Translations under genes and position numbers: made by a program
Notes under the pieces: generated by a model
The model's database searches: none
The model's input: only the letters and a program-made list of their open reading frames with translations
Told to the model about the DNA's origin: nothing
Part shown: one piece after another, positions 9,593-20,000 of the stretch
How the letters are laid out: the number at the start of each line of letters is the position of its first letter
Numbering within the stretch: position 1 is the first letter of the stretch
Source of the DNA: Azolla caroliniana
Taxonomy: Eukaryota; Plantae; Polypodiophyta
NCBI GenBank assembly: GCA_043228905.1
Contig: JBHGNT010000406.1
Span: 1-27,863, forward strand
Reading direction: 5' to 3'
DNA: 27,863 bases

Positions 9593-10221
9593 TGTTGGGA
9601 AGGGATTTTAAATCAGTGAGGAAGATACATTGAATGTATAGACAGAACGGGGAAAAACAGGAAAATGGATCAATACACAATGCACATCGTTTTACGTGGA
9701 AACCCTAAATGAGGAAAACCATAGGAACAGAGATCCACTGTACATCAAAGAATAAAAAGAACGGTTACAACTCTCTTTGAAACTCAGAGGATAACCACTT
9801 AGGGTTCTTGGTGAGTTCGTTGAACTCTATCGCCGCTCTCTCTCTCTCTCTTCCTCTACCTACACAGCACTTTGCTATATTCTGCTCTTTCTGTTATACA
9901 CACACATAATTTTTGTCCTAGTTGTATTTATACTCATACACATTATGGGCTATTTACAAATACAACTGTTATTATCATTATCTAATAATAATAATAATAG
10001 TTAATCCGTGGATTGGTCATCTAGTCGATTTGACTAGCCGACTCCTATGTCGACTGACTAGTCGGCCCGACTAGTCGGTCTTGTCCTCCACTTGGATCAT
10101 CTATTATAGACTCTCTATGTCATCGACTGTCGGCTCTCACCCGACTAGTCGGTTACTCATTGTCTTCGACTGTCGACTCAAATTGTCGGCTCCTTCCCAC
10201 AAAAGGGACATATTCCTAACA
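9593..10221 (-). repeat. 3' LTR of copia-2
   Basis: tgttggga...ttcctaaca on the plus strand, adjacent to the PPT. TATA at 9925-9932 (minus). Confidence 0.92.
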
Positions 10222-10233
10222 AACTCCCCCTTT
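10222..10233 (-). promoter_or_regulatory. polypurine tract of copia-2
   Basis: Minus strand AAAGGGGGAGTT immediately before the 3' LTR. Confidence 0.9.
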
Positions 10234-12790
10234 ACTCCTATGGGAGGGAGTCAGCTAGTCTCGTCTTTTGTCGACAAACTCTGAGTCTATCCATCGGTAG
10301 GTTCTTCGTGAGCATATTGTCTTCAATATGGATCTTCACAAGGGAAACTCCCCATCATCTACTTTCTCCCGCAACCAGTGATACCTTCTCTGTATATGCT
10401 TGGTTCAGGAGTGGTATGCAGTGTTCTTGGCTAGGTGTATGGCACTTTGATTATCACAGTGGAGTAGGATACTCTCTTGCTTCATTCCTAGTTCATTGGG
10501 GAAATTCTTCATCCAAATCAATTCTTTGTCGGCCTCTACCGTTGCCATATACTCTGCCTCTGTGGTCGACAAGGCCATAGACTTCTGTAGTCGTGACTGC
10601 CATGACATTACTCCCCCTGCATAGGTCATCAGATAACCTGATGTGGATCGGCTTGAGTCTACGTCCCCCGACATTTCAAAGTCAGTAAAACCTTCAAGGA
10701 TAGGTTTTCCGACACCATACCAAAGGCATACCCTTGAGGTGCCTTTCAAGTACTTGAGTATCCACTTTAACGATGCCCAGTGTTCTCTTCCTGTATTACT
10801 CCTGTATCGGCTTACTGCTCCCACACCAAATGTTATGTCTAGTCTCGTGCAAACCATTGCATACATCAAACTGTCGACAGGCGAGGCATATGGCACTTTC
10901 CTCATCTCAGCCTTCTCCTTCTCGCTCTTCGAGCATTGCTTTGCATTCAGCTTGTAGTTTGTCGGTAATGCCGAACCGACCGGCTTTGCTTTTGACATGT
11001 TGATTCTTTCTAGGACCTTTGTAACATACTTCTCTTGTGACACCCATGGCACTTTCTTAGTTTTGTCCCGAACTATGTGCATCCCCAAAATCTATTTGGC
11101 CAATCCAAGATCTTTCATGGCAAACGACTTGCCCAATGCTTTCTTGAAGCTCACGATCCTCTTTGTGTCTTGTCTGACCATCAACATGTCATCCACATAT
11201 AATAAGAGAATCAAGAAGTCACCTTCATCGTACCTTTTAACGAACACACAATGATCTGCTTGTGTTTTGTGGAACCCGTGTTCCAACATGAAGGACTCAA
11301 ACTTCTTGTACCATTGGCGTGGAGCTTGTTTCAAACCATACAAGCTTTTCTTGAGTCAACACACCAGGTTCTCTTTTCCGTTCTCCTCAAAGCCTTCGGG
11401 TTGTTGCATGTAGATCTCCTCATCTAGCTCCCCGTGCAAGAATGTTGTTTTGACATCCAACTATTCTATCTCCAGATCCACACTGATAGTTATGCTTAGA
11501 ACAATTCGGATGGATGTCATTTTCACAACTGGTGCGAATATTTCGTCAAAGTCAAGTTACACCCTTTTCCTGTTGAAACCCCTTCACAACAATGCGGGCT
11601 TTATATCTAGGTGTGTTGTCAACTTCTTCAATCTTTACCTTGTAGAACCACTTGTTTCTAAGTGCTCTCTTCCCTTTCAGCAACTCAACCACGTCATAGG
11701 TGTAATTCTCATGCAAGGAGTCCATCTCATCTTGCATTGCATTCATCCATTTCTCTTTGTGCTTGTCAGCTATGGCCTCATCATAGCACTCAAGCTCACC
11801 TTCATTAGTCAAGAGGATGTATTGACTATCATATGTAGTCAGTGCTCTCCTTTCTCTGAGTGGGTATCTCCTTCCACCCATTGTGTCTATCGACTCTTCT
11901 CTCGGCTCAGGTTCATACATGTTGATCGGTTGCTCAAGGTTAGCCGACTCCAACTCATATTCCTCTATTGACTTTAATAGGTCTACTGACTCCGACTCAT
12001 ATGTATTGGTCAGTTTCTTCGAGTTGGCCGACTCGGATTCGGCTGTGCCGACTAGCTGTCTCCGACCAGCCAACTATGTCGGTTCGACTAGTCTTAAGTC
12101 AGTGGTATTGGGAGTCGACTGGGAAGTCGATTCCAACTTTTGTTGCTTCCGGTCCTCAATTGTCTTGTCTTCCAAAAAGACTACATCCAAATCCTCACTA
12201 CTTTCTTATCGACTAGGTCCCACCTTGTAGCCGAACTCATCCTCCGAGTACCCGAGAAATATACATGGTTTCGACTTACTGTCAAGCTTCGACCTTTGAT
12301 CCTTAGTAACATACACATATACTAAGCATATGAACACCCTCAGGTGTTGTTAGAAGACATCCTTTCCTGTCCTTGCCCTATGTGGGACATCACCTTTCAA
12401 TGGCACTAAGGGAGACTTGTTGATCAGATAAACTGTTGTATACATTGCCTCAGCCCAATATGATTTCGACAGCTTAGCATGCGACGTCATGCTCCTTCCT
12501 CTTTCAATTATCGTCTGATTCATCCTCTCTGCAAGCCCGTTTAACTCAGGGGTCTTCGGTACTATGTATTTGATTCTAATACCTTGGGCCTTGCAGTATT
12601 CTTCGAAGTGCCCTTTATATTCGCCACCATTGTCGGTTTGGACAGCCTTCAACTTCCGACCCAACTCTCTTTCCGCTCTAGCCTGGAACTCCTTAAAGAA
12701 TGACAGTACTTGGTCCTTTGACTTTAGTACGAAAGCCCACAACTTACGACCATAGTCGTCAATGAATGTCACAAAGTACTATATCCACCT

Positions 12791-13218
12791 CGATGCAATG
12801 GAGCATCTACATACTAAAAATAGCAACAGCCCTGCAAATGATGGATAATGGAGTACACATTGTAATGCCTTATGTCTTCACTATGAAATATCATGGGCAT
12901 GTTGGACGAAACATTATATGTTCATTTTATCTTTGTTGCTTAAATGGCCCTCTTAGGCACAAATCCCTATCGTTTAGGTGGCTACATCCATGCCTCTCTC
13001 TCCCCATCCAGATCATGTACATAAAAATAGCACCAGTCCTCCATAATGATGGATAATGGAGTATCCATTGCAATGCAATATCATGGGCATGTTGGAAGTT
13101 ACATAACATGTTCCTCTTATCTCCATTACTTAAATGCCCCATTAGAGTGACTCTCCTACTATTTAGGTCACAACATCCACGCCCCTCTCTCCCCATTTTA
13201 GCGACTCTCCTACTATTT
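12791..13218. repeat. non-copia filler: two diverged ~208-bp tandem units replacing the Zn-knuckle/protease region
   Basis: AATGATGGATAATGGAGTA occurs at 12837 and 13045. Copia homology stops at ~12790 and resumes at ~13216. A related copy lies at ~21252-21330. Confidence 0.75.
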
Positions 13219-13426
13219 TTGTCGCTTCTTTGTGAACTTCTCTATCTGTTTCTTCCTGTGCCGGTATGTTGAGCCACATTTGACTCCGACTGGGACATGA
13301 CACCCTTGTCCTTCCTTCTCGTCTCCTCATTCAAGATACTTGTCTTTACCACTTGTAGAGACAAGTTCTCTTCTTGACACGGGGTGTTGAGAGTCACCAC
13401 CAGGTTCTCCCAGCTATCTGGCAGGG

Positions 13427-13644
13427 TACACATCAGCAACAAGGCTTGTATAGCATCATTCAAGGGAAACTTGGTTGTCGCAAGTTGGTTCACATACCCC
13501 ATGAATGTGTTGATGTGCTCGACTATGCTTTCTCCATACACATCAGCAACAAGGCTTGTATAGCATCATTCAAGGGAAACTTGGTTGTCGCAAGTTGGTT
13601 CACATACCCCATGAATGTGTTGATGTGCTCGACTATGCTTTCTC
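13427..13644. repeat. perfect 108-bp tandem duplication (period 110) in copia-2 gag
   Basis: tacacatcagcaac...gactatgctttctc at 13427-13534 and 13537-13644. Confidence 0.95.
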
Positions 13645-13963
13645 ATCAAAGATGTTTTATTGAGGGCATTCTTCCTCTCGTACAGCCCTGACTGCCACAT
13701 CTCATAGGCATTTGTGTCGTTCACCATATGCTAAAGGACATTGGCATCTACGCATTGTCTGATGGTGGCCACTGCCTTCCTATTGAGGAGTTTCAATTCA
13801 AACTCTAATACCCCCATGGGTATTTGTTCTCTGTCGATAGGCACGTATAGATCTTTGACGATGAGAAGATCCTCCATTTTGATCTTCCAATCTGCATAGT
13901 TGTGTGATTTCAGGACCATCATTCCTGGAAATCCACCCACACTTCCTTCCATCTTTGCCTATC

Positions 13964-13975
13964 GCTCTGTTACCA
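13964..13975 (-). promoter_or_regulatory. PBS of copia-2 (tRNA-iMet, 1 mismatch)
   Basis: Minus strand TGGTAACAGAGC, between the LTR and the gag ATG at 13952. Confidence 0.88.
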
Positions 13976-13978
13976 ATT

Positions 13979-14593
13979 TGTTGGTAATTGATCGTAAATC
14001 AATGAGGAAGATATGCTGAAATGTACAGACAGAATACGGAAAAACAACAAAATGGACAAATATACAATGCACACAGTTTTACATGGAAACCCTAAACGGG
14101 GAAAACCACGGGAACAGAGATCCACTATACAACAGAGAATACAAAGAACAGTTACAACTCTCTCTGAAACTCAGAGGATAACCACTTAGGGTGCTTGGCG
14201 AGTTCGCTGAACTCTGCCGCCGGTCTCTCTCTCTCCCTCTACCTACATAGCACTTCGTTATATTCTACTCTTTCTGTTCTACACACACATAATGTTTGCC
14301 CTAGGTGTATTTATACTCTCATACATAGTATGTGCTATTTACAAATACAACTATTATTATCATTATCTAATAATAAAGATAATAGTTAATTAGTCGACTA
14401 GTCGACTAGCCGACTCCTATGTCGAGTGTCCAGTTGGCCCAAATAGTCGGTCTTGTCCTCGACTTGGATCATCTACTATCGACTCTCCATGTCATCGAAT
14501 GTCGGTTCTCAACCCGACCAATTGGCTACTCCTTGTCTTTGATAATCAACTCAAACAATCGGCTCCTCCCACATGAGGGACCTATTCCTAACA
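13979..14593 (-). repeat. 5' LTR of copia-2
   Basis: tgttggta...ttcctaaca, aligns by eye to 9593-10221. TATA at 14308-14315 (minus). Confidence 0.92.
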
Positions 14594-14939
14594 ATATGTA
14601 TGGGCAACAGTTATTATTATGATGATGATAATAATAATAGTTAAGTTAATCGACTCATCAACTCGACTGTCCGACCCACAAGTCGACAATCCAGTCAGTC
14701 CAACTAGTCAACTATCGTGTCGACTACTACTTCGACAATCGGGTCGACTCATCCCTCACTTGGTTTGTCCAACCAGTATAGTCAATTGCCACAGTCGACT
14801 CTCCATTCCTTTAATCGGCTAACTACTAAGTCGACTCGATGATTGATCAATCATCCCAACTTCGACAGCCGACTTCTCGACTACCGATTCTTCTAATTGA
14901 TTAGCCGACTTCTCCCTTAGGAGGGACAATATCCTAACA
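14594..14939 (-). repeat. copia-3 5' LTR, U3 part
   Basis: Same CGAC/GTCG-rich U3 style as copia-2. Ends gagggacaatatcctaaca, like the copia-2 LTR terminus. Confidence 0.8.
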
Positions 14940-17072
14940 TAACCTTGGTATTTGAGTTTCATACTAGTCTACATCATCATCTCAATGCCCTAGCTACTTT
15001 TTCCTATGAAAAAGGGCTCATAGAAACTAGGACAGACGATGGTTGTGACCTTCCACATATCCACATTGACTCACCAACAAACTATCACTTAATTTGTCAC
15101 ACGTATCGCCAATGATTGAATTTCTCACAGATATGCATTTCTAGCCATGCTAAAACAACAATGTTGCCAAGCCCACTTCCAAGATCCATATACTAAAGTA
15201 CAATTATTTGACACCATGGTCAGCCTTGCCTTCACATACAATGCATTCACATGAACTCTATGTTTCCCCAAGTACATGTGGAGTCTCGACACAAATAGAG
15301 CAGCCCCTAGTTATGATATTCATAGATTATACATGCCAAAGCATCCACGTGGAATTGGCAATACCCCCCATGATGTTAGGAGCATTATTTCCGTATAGTG
15401 AAGCACATCAACCAAATTCGAATTGTGCTACCTCAAAGAATATGTAAGGCATTTGAAGCATCGAAGAAAGTGGATACAATGAAACATGTGGAAGGATCTT
15501 GCCATTCACAAGTAATGGAGTAACTCAAGAACGGTGGCCTTGACATCAAGAACTTGTTATCCTTTCAATATTGTACAGCTCTTGAAAAGGATGAATAGGA
15601 CATGAATTGTGGCAAGAATTGGAAGTCTATGCTCAAAAGACTTGGACTACACCAACAAAGCCTCTTCTCCCAAGTAAAGCAAGATACATGGACATCTACT
15701 TGTCACATAGATCATGCAAAGCAAAAGACCATCAGAATATCCTCCCATCAACTTGAGATCAAAGAAAGACAAGCACTATAGTTCTTACAAAGCAAAAGAC
15801 CAACTTCGAGTTTCCTCCCATCAACTTGAGATAATAATAAAAAGACAAGCACTAAGAATACGTAAACCAAAAGGCTTTGAAAAGTATGCAAAGGAGAGAT
15901 CAAGATCACGGAACATTTTGCATTGAAATGTGTAGCTAACAAGCACTTTAAAGAGAAGCATGCCACCCATCATGAAACTCCATTGCAATTTAACAAATGA
16001 TGGGGAACACCACAACACTTCGTTCAAATATTAGCTGGGAATCAGACAGTTGCATCTATTCAGTTTGTGTGTCTCACTACAAGATGCAACAATTACATAT
16101 CATTAATTTCTTCCACAGCTTCACGTCCCCACTGACCAAATGCTGAGTCATCGCAAAGTAAGCAACAAGGAACGTTGACAATACTAACACTGCAAGTACC
16201 AGTCTGCCACATGCACCATACTGTACCAAAATAGTGCAGATCATTGGTCACCACCCAATACATAGCTGAATTTTATCATAGCTACATCTCACCACACCTA
16301 CCAACATTAGATTAAACCCATACATGTCAGTCATACTTGCATGTAAAAGCTCCATATGCATTAAGATACCAACCATGGAGCTTTTACTCATGTTCCAAGT
16401 ACAGATAATAAGAATCCACCCATATTTGTAATCAGAATTTGACTCAAACTGTCTCCTCCCCTCTGGCTCCCTCTACAATAAATTCCACCTTCACATTGTT
16501 AAATTCCAAAAGCACAAACTATAGAACCTTTAAAAAGCTCCCAAAAAAATTTTGAAGAGTTATGGAGCAAATTATTAGTTCCATAACTCTGAAATATCAC
16601 AGAATATTGTTTCCAATATATACTACATTCATCCAGAATACAGGTTTTTAAGTTCATTATCTCATCAATTAGATCATGAGCATATAGAGTGCTTTAAATC
16701 AAAAGGTCAAGAGTTGAATTTAAACAAGACTGTTAGTTAGAGGATGTACCAAAATATCCCATTATGAATTAGCGTCAATCAATCACATGGGCATCAAGAG
16801 GCCCATTATAGAAGTAAAGCCCATTTCATTTATGGCTAAACCCAATAAGAGATGATAAACTAAGAGCCACTTTATATCCGTGGAAGAAAGGTCCGGATAT
16901 GGTGAACTACATAGGGGGGATGTAGACAGACAGTACCACTATCTTCTGATTCTGTAAGCAAAAAACTCGAAAAGAAATTTAGAAAGTCCAGCCCACCAAA
17001 AGAACGAAACACACCCGAGTACAGAACCTTATATATATTGAGGCAGAACCAATCATCATTTTATTACTATAT

Positions 17073-20000
17073 TCAGCGTCTTGCATCTTTATCAAATCCG
17101 AGCGATTCAATTCCTCTGACAACTGAATCATATTGCTTTGTGTTCATCGAATTTCTAGCCGATGAAGATGATCTTTTGGGGTCAGATGAGCTCATCGCAC
17201 CCCTTTGCGCAGATGGTGTTCTTAGACTGGCTGGTATAAGCCTGGTTACAGAAGCCCGGGATGGCTCTATCATCTCTGTTGGTACCCGAGGTTGACTACT
17301 GGAAACAACAGCTTTTCGTGAAGTACTGCCTGATCGAGAAAAATTTAATATACGCCCTCTTGGAGCCGTCTCCACCTGAGAGAAAGAAATAATAAATGAT
17401 GTATTAACATCACTAAACAATCATTAATGGTTTACATAAGGTAACAATCACAACTGCTTTCATTACATGCCAATTTGAGTAACAATAGCAAAATGTGGAT
17501 TGACATCTAAGAAGAGAAACAAAGACCTACATTTTTACAGTATATAAAGTGTCTCTTTATAAATGAAAATAGAGAATATGGCCTCCTCAAACCAAAAAAT
17601 GACAAATCATTGCCTCTATAACAGGCCTTGACACTGTCTCAAATTAGAAACTATTTATTAAAAGATATAAAACAGCAAGAAAATGGATATATTATTGACA
17701 AGTTCATGTCTTTATTCAAACAATGCGTATGGCACTTTCATGGCAAAAAACAATCAACCGTGCCTAGATAATTAATGACTTTTCAAATAGTTGATAATAG
17801 ACGGCCTCCTCCAACCTAGCACAAATCACTGTCTCAACAACAAACCCTTAAAAGGATCTCAAATTAGAAAATAATTAATTAGCGATGTAAAATGACAAGA
17901 AAAGGGAGATATTATAGAAAAGTTCATGTCTTTTTTCGTACAATGAATGTGATACTTTCAACGCAAAAAATAATCAACCATTCACTTCAAGTCACCAGAC
18001 TACATCAAGATAATTGTAGCAGCAATCATTCTAGACAAAGTGATTTCCTTTTCCAAAAGTTAAACAAGCAAAAAAACCAACCGTTTTTAAAACCAATGTG
18101 CACAAGATACCAGGCATATATCTAGTTCTTTTCTATGATGAGTATCTTGCTCTCTATATGATTCATAGGGGAGTCATGCAACCTATATACTAATAATAAT
18201 GCAGGTAAATTACTTGAAGAAAAAATTTAACATCGCATTCAATCATGCCGAACACATCACAAAAAGGCCACCCACATTCAAACAGCAAATGAGGTATTCA
18301 CATTGTGAGATAGTCACCAATTCTCAAACCCACTATCATAAGAAACTTGGTCTCCCAACACTGATAGCACTTGGATGTTTTTGTAGACACTTGGTGCATA
18401 TCATGCACAACCAGTGGCTGCTCCAAGGACGGAGTATAGACCTGCTTACGATTATGCCCAGAACTAGGTTGTATCAACATCTCTAAAAGACTCCAATTGT
18501 CATATGAGGCCAAAAAGATAATGATTGTCCTATAAGACCTAACAGACCTAAAATCTACAATGCCCTATGAGATTTGACCAACTATGACGGCAATGACCAG
18601 AAACCACCCTAGGGATGTTATGTGTGGCACACCAGAGATAGCAACAAAGAAAAGAAAGATAAGTTAACTTGACTTGGAACATATAGTCCAAGTTCCATAC
18701 TGGAATATTAACCCCAATATAAAATAGAGAAAGACCATGACTTTTATCCTTTACAGATGAAAACAAACACCTCTTTCGAGGCTCTTGCCTCATCTACGTC
18801 TGACATCTTTTGCTTCTGTGCCTCACTAGGCCCAGCTCCAGAAGACCTTCTGGTCGAATTCCAGATTGCATCTCTTGATTCCCTTGCTTCTGAAAATACT
18901 CAAAAAATGGAGACAATAAGCATATGAACTAATGTAAAACCTTCTCAATTACATTAAGAGTAAAAAGGAAACCTGGTGGATTCTCAGCAACATTAGTAGT
19001 GCCAACGCCAGTAGTCACCGCTGCTGTGGTGGTCCCGCCCTGCACATCGTGGAGGCTAAATAAATGAGATATGCCATGAGAACTAGCTATGACATGCAAT
19101 TCAGTTACTTACACTTGCAGCACCAGCAGTCATCTGTGTCTGCTGATATTTCAAAATTGTCCAATCAAACACATAGTCAAATTGGAAACCTGCATAAAGG
19201 TGGATGTGGTTACTTTACATTCTCAAATAAACTATAATGTCACTTTACATTCTCAATAAGATTCATAATATGATAATCATACCAAATATAAAGACAAACT
19301 TTACCCTCTCTGATGAAAAGGTCACGGAAAATTCGTTTCAAATATGCATAATCCGGTTTATCATCGAAACGCAGGGACCGGCAATAGTGAAAGTATGAAG
19401 CAAATTCTGAGGGATATGACTTGCACAAAGCCTAAACATAAACCCTCAGCAATTAAATAAAAAGGTTAAAAAGCTGATAATAATATTTTTTTATGTGTAG
19501 AACAATATACACATTACCTCTATGGATGTTGACATCTTTCTTTCACTTATTCTTTCATACTTCTGTCTCTTTGTACCTGCTTTCAAACCTTGCCAAGGCA
19601 AACTAGAAAACATGAAGAAAGTCAATTCATGACAAGATAAAATACACAAAATTTCAAAATCCAAATAGATATTGAAACTTGAGAGATACCTTCCCCTTAG
19701 GAAGTACATGAGAACATAACCAAGAGACTCAAGGTCATCTCTACGACTTTGCTCTGCAGAAAATAAGATATTCCATTTAATAAAATTTATAACTCATGGC
19801 TGAGTTTGGAATGCCAAGAATTGATTTATAAGCCACTCACCAATTCCAAGGTGTGTGTTAATACTTGCATATCGAGCAGTACCAGTAAGATTCTTATTCT
19901 CCCTGGATAGAATATAAAATTAATCAATGCATTTAGAATCATCAGAATAGAGGCTGGTATATTAGATAATCTTCCAGGTTTAGACAGTAACCATAATCCT

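Larger units (their letters stand above)
10238..13952 (-). pseudogene. copia-2 gag-pol pseudogene (gag, INT core, RT, RNase H; stops, frameshifts, protease region lost)
   Basis: ORF fragments: MEGSVGGFPGMMVL...KMEDLL, TFIDD...DNGGE...LNGLAER, YKARIVVKGFQQ, YGLKQAPRQW, LLLYVDDML, STTEAEY, CDNQSAI. Confidence 0.93.
9593..14593 (-). mobile_element. full-length degenerate Ty1/copia element 'copia-2' with 5-bp TSD ATATG
   Basis: Two related LTRs (9593-10221 and 13979-14593), PBS, PPT, and ATATG at both 9588-9592 and 14594-14598. Confidence 0.95.

Noticed and set aside
10021-10190. Short palindromic repeats as a CRISPR-like array
   Set aside because: No regular repeat-spacer period, eukaryotic LTR context, no cas genes.
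15374-16189. Possible solo LTR (TGTTAG...CTAACA)
   Set aside because: Flanks CATGA and CTGCA do not form a TSD, and there is no other LTR evidence; the region remains unassigned.
17892-18793. Small ORFs in the last CK1 intron
   Set aside because: AT-rich, no recognisable motifs; the CK1 model closes in frame without them.
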